Part shown: piece after piece, positions 11,561 to 23,071 of the stretch
Layout of the letters: each line of letters starts with the position of its first letter
Position numbering within the stretch: position 1 is the stretch's first letter
NCBI GenBank assembly: GCA_023920165.1
Contig: CP089276.1
Span: 1,550,001-1,614,000 of the forward strand
Direction: 5' to 3'
Source of the DNA: Curvularia clavata
Taxonomy: Eukaryota
DNA: 64,000 nt
Position numbers and translations under genes: made by a program
Notes under the pieces: generated by a model
What the model was told of the DNA's origin: nothing
Databases searched by the model: none
The model's input: only the letters and a program-made list of their open reading frames with translations

Positions 11561-11928
11561 GATTGTATCCTCGAGGGCTGTGTTACATGGCTGTGTGAGC
11601 GGTCGAAAATGTGCATCTCAACAATGTTACAGAGTATAGAGCGTGTCAGCGGCCCCAGACATGTGGCTTGGCATCCATGTTTCACCGTGAAAATAAACAA
11701 CCATGGCATAGGGAAATTAACACATGTGGGTATACGACGGTAATTAGACCAATCGCACGGTAAAAAAGCATAGGAGGCAATGTATGGAGCATTTTTTGAA
11801 TGGTGGAGTGATTTTATGACCTGCCCGACGCGAACGCGTGTATATGACAGGTTATCAAGACTAAATTGATCGCCGTCCGACGTATCCAATATCTGTCCCA
11901 GGACCATCACCATTGCTTATGCAATCAA

Positions 11929-13215
11929 CTATGACATTACAAAGGCTGGATTTCCATCAGCATCAATCCATTCCGACCCAGAGCCGCATATCTTTCCCTC
12001 AGAACATACCCACAAAACTATCCACGTATGCTCTATTATCTCCCCCCAACAGTACAGCTTTAGTTGGCCGAGCTTGAAAGAAGTGCCGCCTTCACGGAAC
12101 AGCGTCACACCCCATCCAAGACATCCACTTTTCACCCGCCAGATAATATCGTACCAGAATAGCCGCTGAAACTCCATGCTCATGCCCGAGCAGCTGATCG
12201 ACCAATATCCACGATCATCGGGCTTGGGCTTCTTCAGTCTTTTGATGGGTTGGAACCGTGTTGGGTGTTGCTGCTTGAGCCCTGCTAGGTGTGGAGTGAT
12301 TTGCGAAGGGAGAGTACCGGGTTGCGCTGTCGACACCTCTGGCTCGGGTGGATAGACAATGCTTTCAACTTGGGTGAAATCTATAGGTGGGGGGAATCCG
12401 CTCAAATCAATCTCCTTCCCATCTATTTTGCGTTTTGGTGGTAACAATGATGACCTCGGAGTGTTGCCTGGACCTGCAGGCTCCCGAAGGGTTATAACTG
12501 CATTAGATTTCGAAGATATAGGAGTCTCTGCCACCCTACCCGCCTCTTTCAGGCGCTTGCTTCTTCGACGTTGTAGATCTTTTTCGTCGGGCGCCGCTGC
12601 GACTAGAGCTTCGATTGTGTCATCCGGAACCCAGTCTCCATTCGTGTCGTTTTCAGAGGCACCGTTAGGTTCCATCAAGTGGTCACCCCGGGATTGGCTC
12701 TGAACACCAGTAGCAGCCACTTGCGTGTCCTCGATAAAGCCCATGTCGACATCTGAACTATCATCAACCTGCCTGTCTAATCGCTTTTCCTTTTTTGAGC
12801 TTGATCTAAGAGTTCTTTGCCATTTTCTGTTGCCAGGCATATCCTCTGGCTCAGGAGTTTGGCTTGATGTTGGTGGCAAATCATCTTCGACATCACGATT
12901 CCATCCATCAGAGGCAGGCGTGGGAGTTCTAAGCCTGCCAGAAGATAGATACGACGGAAAGCTACCGTAAGAGTCTTTGCTGGCGGATAAGATGGATGTG
13001 TTTGCAGTGCCTCGAAAGGAGTTCCCTTGATCTGGTGATGCGGCGTCGTCCAGTCTTGATGAAGCAGGTTGATTTGATACATCGGCTTGTCGCGAACTGC
13101 TTCGTTGAGGACTGTGTGGCTCAAATTCAAGGTATGCCTCAGCCAAAGATCGGTATTGTTCGTCGCCCTGGCGTGTAGTCGGAGCTGAGATATGGACTAG
13201 GAGTTCATCAATCAT
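11929..13215 (-). CDS. Hypothetical protein with a short ordered N-terminus, disordered middle and Trp-rich C-terminal domain
   Basis: Uninterrupted ORF of about 428 aa with first ATG at 13215 (MIDELLVHISAP...). C-terminus DRGYW...LGWGV...LYCWGEIIEHTW...WIDADG. No function recognised. Confidence 0.8.
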   Translation of the reverse strand: MIDELLVHISAPTTRQGDEQYRSLAEAYLEFEPHSPQRSSSRQADVSNQPASSRLDDAASPDQGNSFRGTANTSILSASKDSYGSFPSYLSSGRLRTPTPASDGWNRDVEDDLPPTSSQTPEPEDMPGNRKWQRTLRSSSKKEKRLDRQVDDSSDVDMGFIEDTQVAATGVQSQSRGDHLMEPNGASENDTNGDWVPDDTIEALVAAAPDEKDLQRRRSKRLKEAGRVAETPISSKSNAVITLREPAGPGNTPRSSLLPPKRKIDGKEIDLSGFPPPIDFTQVESIVYPPEPEVSTAQPGTLPSQITPHLAGLKQQHPTRFQPIKRLKKPKPDDRGYWSISCSGMSMEFQRLFWYDIIWRVKSGCLGWGVTLFREGGTSFKLGQLKLYCWGEIIEHTWIVLWVCSEGKICGSGSEWIDADGNPAFVMS

Positions 13216-13612
13216 GATTGATATCAAATGGGCTTAAACGATATTGTGCAACAGTCACAGTAAATTTCAGTGTTTCTCAATCCATACTCAATGCGACGTG
13301 GGTAAAATATATAGTCTAACTTGAGAGTTACAAGGGTGAAGTTACAATGCAAGCAGGAGAACTGGGGTAGCTTGGCAAGCATGGCCTGTGCACGTCACTA
13401 TCTGGCGAACAATGGTTCTTCGACCGCATGACCTCGTCTATCGAGTGAAAGATTGTCCCACATTAAAACACATGTACTTTTTTGAGTCATATAGACAACT
13501 TCCGTTGAATGTTGTCATTGAATGATGTATCTCATATTCTGCATGCAGTCATAGACCCAACCCGGATATCGCTGGAAAGAAAATAAACACTGTCCACTTG
13601 CTTGACGCAAAT

Positions 13613-15439
13613 CTACTCATCGTTCTCTTCAGTCGGTGCTTGCATTTCATCAATGTCCTCCTCCTCAAAAGTGTTGAGGGGGACAGAGTACAGGCGGAGA
13701 ACGGGCTTGTTAGGATCCTTGACGAGGACGTACTTGCCGTCGTCCATGCGAAGGACCATGTCGACAATGGTGCGAACGATGGCCCATCCATTGTTGAGGT
13801 TGAGCGCCATCTGGGCGGCGAAGTCGCGGGGCTTGTTGGTAAGGACGCCGAGAATGACGTGGTCGTTGTTGTTCTTTGGGTTGGCGCGCGATACGAAACT
13901 AAGTCTTTGTTAGCAATGCTCAGCCTAGAACAATGAAAAACATACCCAAGCTTCATGGTGTCAGCCTTGGCCAGAATACTCTGCACGGTCCACCGAGCAA
14001 GCTTGCAAGAGTTGTTCTTCATCTCAGTGGCAAGAACAGCTCCCCTCTGGCTTGCCAACTTGGTCCTCCAGTCCAGAGCTCCACCGGCTCCCTGGGCCTT
14101 GTTGTCGAACTCGTTGAGCGCCTTGATTGTCAGGTACTGGTCCTCGCCGTTGATGTTGTTCTTGATGACGGCGTCAAGCTCAGTTCGGACAATCAAGTGC
14201 AGTGGCTCCTCATCCTTGTCCAAGGACAGGTCGAATCGGCGGTACCTGTATGCCTTGGACGCTGGTGGGTCGGTCTCGACCTCCTCATTGTAGAAGGGAT
14301 GCTCGTGGGGCATGTTGACCTTGTTGGTCTCGGATTCAGTAACGACCTGAAGAGGGAATACGTTGTTGATGTGTGTTGCTTCCAGCATCAGGGCACCAGG
14401 GCTGTTGATCGAGTCCTTGTTGCCCTCGGAAATTTCAAGTGGCGCATCTGCAGCGTTCTCGTTGACAGTGACCATGTCCAGACTTGATCCATCGCGCTTG
14501 TCAATGAAGACCTTGTTGTCCCTCTTAGTGAAGACCAAATCCCACGAGTAGACGGACTTGGTGGCGCACATGAGCATGGAGAGGATGTTGTCAGTAGCAA
14601 AGACAGTAGCCTCGTCCTTGTCTGCAAGCTCCTGCAGAACGGGATCGCTGGAGGTGGTGACGTTGTAGGCGGCACGATCGAGGACGTTGAGTCTGCGTTC
14701 GGAGGTCTTGGCACCAGGCTGCTTGTCGTAGCTTCGGTCGTAGTAGTAGAGGAAGCCGTATTTGTCGATGTCCTCGCCCTCGTGGGTGTCGAGGTTGAGC
14801 TTGCTGAGGCGGGAGAAGTCAATTTCCTCCATAACGCTCCACTCGGGCTTGACCTGGACGGAGGCATCGCGGTTGCGCTGAGGCTTGTCGTCCCTCCAGC
14901 CGAAACGACGTCCTCCTCTTCCACCACGGCCACCGCGGTTGTCGTACTGCTGTCCGCCACGGCCACCAACGCGCTGGAAGGTACCCCGTCCTCCCCGTTG
15001 CGCCTGTCCACCACGCGCACCTCCTCGTCCACGGAAAACAGTGCCGCCGCCGCGGCCAAATCCTCGTCCTCGTGCCGATGTTCGTGTGTTGTCGACAACG
15101 GAGAAGGTTGCCTCCTCCTCGGCGGCCTGGATGGCGAAGGGGTTGGTCTGCTGGTTTGCACCGTACACTTGCTGGTCTGTGGTATGCTGTCAGTCTCTTT
15201 TAATATCCTGGATCTGCCCAATTCAACGTACCCCGGTAGTTGCGGTTGCCATACTGCTGGCGTCCACCCCGCTCGCGGTCCTTGCCCTCAGTCCAGTCAG
15301 CCATGCGACCCAACTTGTCGGCCTTGGAGTAGGGCGCGAAGGGCACGCCGTCGAGCATCGTCTCGTTGGAAACTGGTGGGCCCCATGCTTGGGTATCGGG
15401 GAGCGCGGACACGAGGTCCAGAAGGGATGCTGGAGCCAT
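13613..15439 (-). CDS. EIF3D: Eukaryotic translation initiation factor 3 subunit D
   Basis: Introns 15177-15231 and 13899-13945. Motifs [25 protein letters not shown]-rich segment, [61 protein letters not shown]. Confidence 0.97.
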
Positions 15440-15925
15440 GTTGTCTAGTCGTGGGTTTGCTGTCACTCGGACTTGGTGGCTGCCGGCCGACGAAATTGCT
15501 CGAGGTGGGCTGCCAAGATTACGCCGCTAAGGAAAAGCGAAAGTCCGTACCCCGCGCTAGCACCTCAACCCAACTTGGAACCACCTGCGCTCCCTTGGGA
15601 TAAAATATTATGAAATATTACAGTATATACCGATTTCTGTTACGACGATTGTACACTAGACACGGTTGTCTTTTGCGTGCTACACTCAGCAGTCGACTGT
15701 CACGTGCAATGGCTACGATTCAAAAGACTTCTGCTGTATCCGAGAGCCAAGACTATTCCTGGAAAAGGGCATATCATGCCTCTTGAGATTGATTGTATCA
15801 TTTTGGTGCTAACCATGGCATGACATGGCAAACAAAGAGCTGATACTCTTGACTGGAACTTGGCGCAAGGTACTCGAGATGGATGGCCCGCCTCCCAGCG
15901 CTTCTCGCACTGTAAATACCAGACG

Positions 15926-16345
15926 CTACAATTTCTTCTTCGACTTCTCTGCCTCTTGTCGCTGTTCCTCCTGGTCGTCTTTGAATGCCATGATGACATA
16001 TGCAATCAAGACGACATTTGCCATGAGTGCTGCGAGGCCTCCTGCATATGTTGCGTTGCCTGGACAAAGTCAGCAGCCCCTTTTCGCGCACGACAAAGAA
16101 CCCACCCTGAAAGACAAAATTCACAGTAAAGAAGTAGGTGCCAATGGGCAGCGTGATCATGGCAAAAGTGAAGCTCATCAACTTCCAAATGACGGATCTG
16201 TCATAGTGTAAGCCAGCGTAGCGTGCGTAGCATCAAGGACGGCTCACGTTGGCACCGCCGGCGAAATGTCTGATGGCCCCGACACAGGCTTTACCTCGTA
16301 CTCGAGGGATAGCTTATCTTCGCCAACATTTCTTCTGGTCGTCAT
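15926..16345 (-). CDS. VMA21: V-ATPase assembly integral membrane protein Vma21
   Basis: Introns 16198-16247 and 16060-16105. Spliced protein ...SDISPAVPTSVIWKLMSFTFAMITLPIGTYFFTVNFVFQGNATYAGGLAALMANVVLIAYVIMAFKDD...KSKKKL*, with two TM helices and a C-terminal KKxx ER-retrieval signal. Confidence 0.93.
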
Positions 16346-16729
16346 GTTCGCGTGGTAATGTCGTGTGGTGTGAATGGCGCATGCGAATGTCTGGCCCATG
16401 CCAGCCGAAAACAGTAACGTAATGGGCGTTCTGGAGGTCCAAGCGTCCAGACTCCCCAACGCGTAAAGTGCTTTCTTCGACGCGTAGCGGACTTTTTTGG
16501 CAATCGCCGCCACAGGCTCTGTTCACTCTTCTCCCTACCAGCGCTTCTAGCAGACGCGTGTCGCGCCATGTCAACCGCGCTGTAGAGCCTTGCCCCTTGC
16601 TTCGGGCTGTTCGAACAGGTACTAATAATCCCCTAACCATTTTCTCCGATTCTGCGCCCAAGGCCACCGAGTCGACGGTAGCCCTTTGGCTCCCTTCCAC
16701 CCAGCTCGTTTTTGTAGCATCGTTGCACC

Positions 16730-19700
16730 ATGTACCGTCGAGACCCCATAGTATCTTCATCACCACCCCCTGGCGGACCACGAGCTACTTCGGCCAGCGA
16801 CGACGAGCAACAAGATCCTTACGTCACTCAGCCTACGCAGATTCTCGGTGATCGCTCGCCATTTTTTGCAGCGCCGTCCGACACCACGCAAACTACGCAG
16901 CCTACGCAAATTCTAACACCACGCGCAAACCGAACCCAGCCCTCAGCATCGTCGCAGTTGCAGGTTCCACGCTCATCTCCCCCCGTTCAACGGTGCTCCT
17001 CACCGGTCATGTCGCCAACCCAGTCGCAACAACCGTATGGGGGTTACAGGAATCCAATGGCGCCCCCTGGTACAAGCTTCTTTCCTCCACAGGCTGTTCG
17101 CAAGCCAATCGTCGATTTGACCTCGGACGATCCACCGGTCGAGCGCGACCCGGATGAGGACGAGTCTGAGTACAGGTCTAACATACCACTGTCAAAGATT
17201 GAGATGGCTTCTATGGCGTCAAGAATTGAAGAGACACCACAAAAGCCGACGTGGGATCTCTCTGGATACAGGTACAATAGCGATCAGCCTCGAAAACGAC
17301 CGTTTGAGGCAAGCTCGGGTTCGCCACCGAAGAGACAGAAGCCTTTGCCGCGACAAGCAGGACCATCACGCGCTATGCCTGTAGACTTGACAGAGGATTC
17401 AGATATGACCTTGGAGGATATAACCGACTTTGCAACACAACGCAATGTGAAACGATTGCAGGCCATCTATCCCAATCGATCAGTGAAGCAGCTGTACGAT
17501 GCCTTGCTTAAGAAGAAGGGCGACTTCACGGACGCATGTTCGTACTTGGCAGAGGAAGAATCTGAGGATGAGTTACTTCGGTCTCCACAACTGGGAGTGG
17601 CTCAATCAAAATCAGCGCCAGTTGTGAAGAAGACGGCACAGCGTGGTTTGAAGCAGCCTGTGCAATCGCTACAAAACAAGTACTCAAAGCTGGGAGCTAC
17701 CCAAAACAGTCCGGTAGTAATTGACAGCCCTGAGAAGGAAGCACCAAAACGGAGGGGCAGGCTCGTCAGTGGAAAAGATCGCAAGCCGAAAGCGACGTTT
17801 TCGTCCTCACCAGAGTCTAGCCCCCCACGACTGCAGCCGCAGGCGAAAAAGCAAGCACCAATCGTGGTATCTTCGGACGAGGATGAGGGCATCGACGCAA
17901 AGCTTGTGGCTGATGACGATTCGGACGCAAGCGTAGCACCAGAAAGGAATTTTAGCGACGATGCTTTGTTGAGCTTCTTCAATACGTGCACGGTGGAAGC
18001 CATGATTGACTTGTCGGGTCACAAGGAAGAGGATATCGAAGAGATTTTCAAGCAGCGTCCGTTCGACTCGCTCGATGATGTTCGAGCCATTCACGTAGAC
18101 CTTACCCCAGCCGAGAAGGGCAAGAAGAAGGCTCGCAAACCGCGTATAACGACAGGAGCAAGGCTTGTAGACTCCACCGAAGGCATGTGGAATGCATACT
18201 CGACAATCGACTCAGTTGTCAAACAATGCGAAGCCATAGGAAAACCAATGGTTGCGGGCATGGCACGATGGGGAATTGACATTTTTGGTGCATCCACCGA
18301 GGAAGGCATGGATGTTACGAGTCTCGATGACAGTGACACCAGTTCGTCACGGGATTCCGGATATCACACACCCAAGAGTACCAATGGCAGCGATACTGAT
18401 TCTAAGAGCATACGCAGAGCTGCGGGTCATACGAAGTTGCTCAAACAACCGTCAATCATGAATAACGATGTTGAGCTAAAAGATTACCAAGTTGTCGGTC
18501 TCAACTGGCTTAATCTTCTCTGGCAGACTGGAACCTCTGGCATCTTGGCTGACGATATGGGTCTGGGGAAAACTTGCCAGATTATTGCTTTCTTGTCTCA
18601 TCTGAAAGAAGAGGGTACTGGAAAGCCAGCGCTCATCGTTGTGCCTGGATCGACGCTCGAGAACTGGTGTCGTGAGTTTGAGCGCTTCTCAAGCTCCATT
18701 AACTTTACGCCCTACTACGGATCGCAAGCTGAGCGCTTTTCGCACCAGGAAAGCATCCATCAGAACATCATGCAGGGGACTTGCGACGTAATCATCACGA
18801 CATATGACCTTACATTCCGGAAGGAGGATCTTATTTTTCTCAAGAAGTGCAGGCCAGAAATATGCATTTTTGATGAGGGACACATGCTGAAGAACGCAAA
18901 TACGATTCGCTACAAGAGCTTGATGAAGATTCCTACCAAGTGCAGGATACTACTGACTGGCACGCCGCTGCAGAACAGTCTTCAAGAGCTCATGTCGATT
19001 CTCGGGTTCTTGATGCCACAGGTCTTCTACGGTGAACAACAAGAAGAAGTTCAGGAAATGTTGCAAATTCTGTTTAAACACAAGGCCAAGACTATGGAGA
19101 GCGACTCGCACAACTCTTTACTGTCTGTTCAACGTATTCAGCGCGCTCGAACAATGTTGACGCCCTTTATCCTGCGAAGGAAGAAGGCACAAGTGCTCAA
19201 ACATTTACCAAAGAAGACCTCTCGAGTCGAGTACTGTGAGCTCACGGATACCCAGAGACTATTGTATAACGAGCAGTTGGCGAAGCAGCGCAAGATTCTC
19301 GAGGATAGGGCGGCTGGCATTATGGTCAAAGACCATGCCAACGTGATGATGAAGCTCCGTCAGGCAGCTATCCACTCGCTCCTGTTCCGCCACCGCTATG
19401 ACAACAACACCATCCGAAAAATGTCAAAGGCTTGTCTTAAGGAAGACATGTTTGCTGAGAGCAACCCTGACATCATCTACGAAGAGCTCGAGCTCTACCA
19501 AGATTACCAGTGCCACCAACTCGCTTCCAAGTACCGGGCGCTGAAGAAATTCGAGCTCCAAAACCACGAGTGGATGGACTCGGGCAAAGTCACTGCTCTT
19601 CTCGCTCTGCTGAAAAAGTACAAGGAAAACGGTGACCGGGCGTTGGTGTTTAGTCAATTCACCTCTGTCATGGACATTCTTGGTTGGGTCTTTGACGACC

Positions 19701-20266
19701 ACGACATCAACTTTATGCGCATGGACGGTTCTACTCCGATCCAGGAGCGCCAGTCTCTCATGGATATCTTTTACCAAGATGAATCCATCCAGCTCTTCAT
19801 GATCAGTACTAAGAGCGGCGGCGCGGGTATCAACCTCGCCTGCGCAAACAAAGTCATCATCTTCGACTCGAGCTTCAACCCCCAGGACGACATTCAAGCT
19901 GAGAACCGCGCCCATCGTGTCGGCCAGACGCGAGAAGTAGAGGTCGTCAGACTCGTTACCAAGGGCACGGTCGAAGAGCAGATTTACGCGCTGGGCGTCA
20001 GTAAGCTTGAGCTGGACAAGATGGTCCAAGGTGAGGATGATGGTGCCGCAGGAGCAAAGGGCAAAGGCAAGAAGAAGGACGATGCTTCTGCCGCTGGCGC
20101 ACTGAGCAAAGCAGAGGAAGCAGGTATGGCGGCCGTCGAGGCCATGATGATGCAGCAGTTGCAGTCGCCGCCAGAGGAGAAGTCAAAGAAGAGCAACGTC
20201 GGCGAAGACGTTAAAGAGCAGTACCTAAAGGGTCTCAAAGACGCGGGGCTGGATATCGAGGCTTGA
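16730..20266 (+). CDS. FUN30: SNF2-family chromatin remodeler, Fun30/Fft/SMARCAD1 type
   Basis: 1178-aa ORF with a CUE-like region (VKRLQAIYP...LLKKKGDFTDACSYL), LKDYQVVGLNWL, GILADDMGLGKT, DEGH, LLTGTPLQN, SFNPQDDIQAENRAHRVGQ. Confidence 0.92.
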   Translation: MYRRDPIVSSSPPPGGPRATSASDDEQQDPYVTQPTQILGDRSPFFAAPSDTTQTTQPTQILTPRANRTQPSASSQLQVPRSSPPVQRCSSPVMSPTQSQQPYGGYRNPMAPPGTSFFPPQAVRKPIVDLTSDDPPVERDPDEDESEYRSNIPLSKIEMASMASRIEETPQKPTWDLSGYRYNSDQPRKRPFEASSGSPPKRQKPLPRQAGPSRAMPVDLTEDSDMTLEDITDFATQRNVKRLQAIYPNRSVKQLYDALLKKKGDFTDACSYLAEEESEDELLRSPQLGVAQSKSAPVVKKTAQRGLKQPVQSLQNKYSKLGATQNSPVVIDSPEKEAPKRRGRLVSGKDRKPKATFSSSPESSPPRLQPQAKKQAPIVVSSDEDEGIDAKLVADDDSDASVAPERNFSDDALLSFFNTCTVEAMIDLSGHKEEDIEEIFKQRPFDSLDDVRAIHVDLTPAEKGKKKARKPRITTGARLVDSTEGMWNAYSTIDSVVKQCEAIGKPMVAGMARWGIDIFGASTEEGMDVTSLDDSDTSSSRDSGYHTPKSTNGSDTDSKSIRRAAGHTKLLKQPSIMNNDVELKDYQVVGLNWLNLLWQTGTSGILADDMGLGKTCQIIAFLSHLKEEGTGKPALIVVPGSTLENWCREFERFSSSINFTPYYGSQAERFSHQESIHQNIMQGTCDVIITTYDLTFRKEDLIFLKKCRPEICIFDEGHMLKNANTIRYKSLMKIPTKCRILLTGTPLQNSLQELMSILGFLMPQVFYGEQQEEVQEMLQILFKHKAKTMESDSHNSLLSVQRIQRARTMLTPFILRRKKAQVLKHLPKKTSRVEYCELTDTQRLLYNEQLAKQRKILEDRAAGIMVKDHANVMMKLRQAAIHSLLFRHRYDNNTIRKMSKACLKEDMFAESNPDIIYEELELYQDYQCHQLASKYRALKKFELQNHEWMDSGKVTALLALLKKYKENGDRALVFSQFTSVMDILGWVFDDHDINFMRMDGSTPIQERQSLMDIFYQDESIQLFMISTKSGGAGINLACANKVIIFDSSFNPQDDIQAENRAHRVGQTREVEVVRLVTKGTVEEQIYALGVSKLELDKMVQGEDDGAAGAKGKGKKKDDASAAGALSKAEEAGMAAVEAMMMQQLQSPPEEKSKKSNVGEDVKEQYLKGLKDAGLDIEA

Positions 20267-20712
20267 TGTTTGGGTTCTTTCTGACTTTTTTTTATTTATT
20301 TCTTAACTCGTCCTCGGCTTTGGCCAGGGCCTTCAACACCGTTTCTGTATGCATTGCAATAATCCCATGAGCAGTAGCATGTAGCATCTAGCGAAGGCGT
20401 TAGGTAGATAGGATACGCGGGGAGATTTTTCGATAAGAAATGAAAGTGTGTGGTTAATCTAGCTCTTTGATTGTGCAGATAATGTGAGGACGGACTACCC
20501 TGATTCCTTGACTGAGTGACAAAAGTGTTTGAAATGACAAACTACCCAACGCCCAGTACAACTGGCCACCTTAACCGCAATCCACTGCAAGCACACCTTT
20601 ATAGACTGCAAACTGTATGTACAACGTATTGGAAATTCCGATCTATGTAAACACTTAAACATACTACAGTCCAAAGAAGAAAACCACGGTATCCCTACAA
20701 GGTCCCGTCTCT

Positions 20713-22659
20713 CTAATCCTTGACACTAATCCCCGCTTTCGCTGGCGCCTTGGCGGGCTGCTTCTGCGTCTCTTCCTCTTCTTCCTCTTCCTCGCTACTC
20801 TCCTCATCGCTGTCTTCCGCAGTAGCTGCTGGTGCGACAGCAGTCTTCTTCGCTTGTGCTGTGCCCTTGTCATCTTCCTCCTCTTCTTCGCTATCCTCCT
20901 CTTCATCATCATCATCATCATCGTCGTCGTCTTCTTCCTCACTACTCTCTTCCTCATCAGCAACAATAGCTGCTTTCCCCTCTTTCGTAGCTGGAGCCAC
21001 AGCCGCATCTTCCTCTTCTTCGCTATCCTCCTCCTCGGAGCTTTCTTCCTCAGACTCTTCCTCTTCGCTGCTCTCCTCGTCCTTCTTATCCTCTTTCTTA
21101 TCCTCATCTTTCTCAGCCGCTGTCGTGCTTACAGGTCCTGCACTCAGCGCCGGATTCTTAGCATCTTCCTTCATAGAAGCAGAAGGCGATTTAATAGGTT
21201 TCTGCACGTCTGAGGCTTTGGGGATACCACTTTTCTGAGCAGTGGTCGTTACTTTAGACGGCTTGCTATCTTTGGGCTTTGCTGTGGTGGTGGATTTTGG
21301 CTTGGCGGCGGTGCTGGTAGTTTTGGTTTTGGACGCAGAGGTAGAAGAAGTGGATTTTGGTTTGGATTTTGGGGCGGGCGGAGTGTAGCCGAAGAGGCTG
21401 CCTGTTGCGGGTTTCCGTGTCGATGTTGTTGATTTCGAGGTTTTGGAGGTTGTAGTGCTGGGTTTGGTGTCTTTGGACTTTGAGTCTTTAGCCTTTGCGT
21501 CCGTTGTCTTCGACTTGATGTCTTTGCTTGCAGTAGGCTTCGCTGTTGCCTTGACAGTCTTCTTCGCATCCACCTTTGCGTCTGCCTTTACACTTGCCTT
21601 GGCCGTTGTCTTTGTCTCTGTCTTCGCGCCTGTCTTGATGGCTGTCTTGGCCGCTGGCTTTGCTGCTGTCTTTGCGCCTGCCTTCGCCTCTGTCTTTGCC
21701 TCTGCCTTCACCTCTGGCTTATCTTCTGGCTTATCTTCTGGCTTATCTTCTGGCTTATCTTCTGGCTTATCCTCTGTCTTCTCCTCAGCATCAGCCTCAA
21801 CTTCAGTCTTAGCCTCAGCCTTATCCTCCGTTTTGTCCTCTGTCTTATCCACCACCTTCTCCTCCACCTTCTCCTCCACCTTCTCTTCAGGAGCATCCTT
21901 CTTCTCCGCTGCAACACTTGGTGTACTCGGCGTCGCCACCTTCGGTGTTTCCGGAAGTGGCACCGACTTAGGTGAGAGAATCCCACTCTTATCCTCCTTC
22001 ACGGGGCTCTTCTTCGCCGCAGCTGCCGCCTCCGCCGCCGCCTCCGACGCTGCATTGGTCTTCTCACTCAACAACGGATTCGTAGTCTTGATGTTCCCTG
22101 GCACAGGCTTCATTGACGCTGCCTTCCTCGCCGCCTCAGCACCCAGTTCTCTCAGCGCAAGATTCGTTTCAGGGCTAGGCATCGAAACCGTCTCCTCCTT
22201 TATAGCAGCTGGACTCTTGAGCGATGACGACGATGTGAGCGGAGCAGCAGCAGCGGCAGCCATGGGTGGTGGACCGGGTTTGGCGGGAAAGGGGGTAAAA
22301 GCAGAGGTGACGCCCAGTGCCTCTCTGATCTCATCGTATTCGTTCCATTCTTCAATTTCGGTGATGCCCTGCATGAAATGTAAGCCCATCTGTGCTAGCT
22401 ATGCACTGCCCTTTGCACGTACTCCCAAGACATATCCTTCCTTGACTATCAGCGGTAGTTTCTTTCCACTTGCTCTCCGCTGGAACAGCTTCTTGGCCAG
22501 CTCATCGGTCGCTGTGTCTACCCCTTTAAAAGGAATCTTGTTGGCTTTGAGGATCGTCTCGATTCGCGAGGTGGCAGTGATGATGTGCGAGGACCCGGCA
22601 GTCAGCGATGTGAAGAGGTAAATGGTCGGGTCATTGTCGTAGACGCTTAATTCACTCAT
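20713..22659 (-). CDS. SH3BGR/glutaredoxin-like N-terminal domain protein with a long low-complexity tail
   Basis: Exon 1 MSELSVYDNDPTIYLFTSLTAGSSHIITATSRIETILKANKIPFKGVD...KLPLIVKEGYVLG; intron 22369-22422; then GITEIEEWNEYDEI and a Lys/Ala/Glu/Ser-rich tail of about 500 aa. Confidence 0.8.
21713..21774. repeat. 12-bp coding minisatellite (TCTGGCTTATCT), about 5 copies
   Basis: Visible tandem array encoding EDKP repeats on the minus strand. Confidence 0.9.
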
Positions 22660-23071
22660 GGCTGGAGCTCTGTTTGAGGGGTGATGCAGTGGTGGGGAGC
22701 TCTGATTTGCAGGATGCAGTAGTGAAGACGACAGGAAACGTGACGCGGAAGATTAAATAGCACCACGCAGGTTTATGCAAGCTTGGAACAAGGCGCAGTA
22801 GTTATGTGTTTCAGGGTTTCAGGAGTAAGGCATACTTGAGCGTCCATGTGTTCGAGCGCGATCCTCGTGCGCGCGGGGCTCTGATCTGGACCCTGACTCG
22901 TCATCGCCCCGCCACCATCGCGCCTGGGCGCATGCACAAGAAAGTCTCCGACCCATCATCCACACTAACTCATGTTTCCTAACACAAAACTTGTATTGCT
23001 GCTTTCTAATGAAGAACATTACATATTATCCAAAAAGATATAGCCATTAGTTTGTTTCTCGTCAACAGACA

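Noticed and set aside
13549..13945. Apparent frameshift at the eIF3d C-terminus in the ORF track
   Set aside because: Explained by the canonical intron 13899-13945; the same applies to the split ORFs of the kinase, NPP1, AKR and meaB, so none is a pseudogene.
14388..15603. Long alternative ORFs (277 aa and 273 aa) overlapping eIF3d
   Set aside because: Off-frame or antisense products of strong GC3 codon bias; no recognisable domain.
21443..22621. 392-aa plus-strand ORF (and 20720..21238)
   Set aside because: Antisense shadow of the low-complexity K/E/A/D-rich gene; its codons rarely create stops on the opposite strand.
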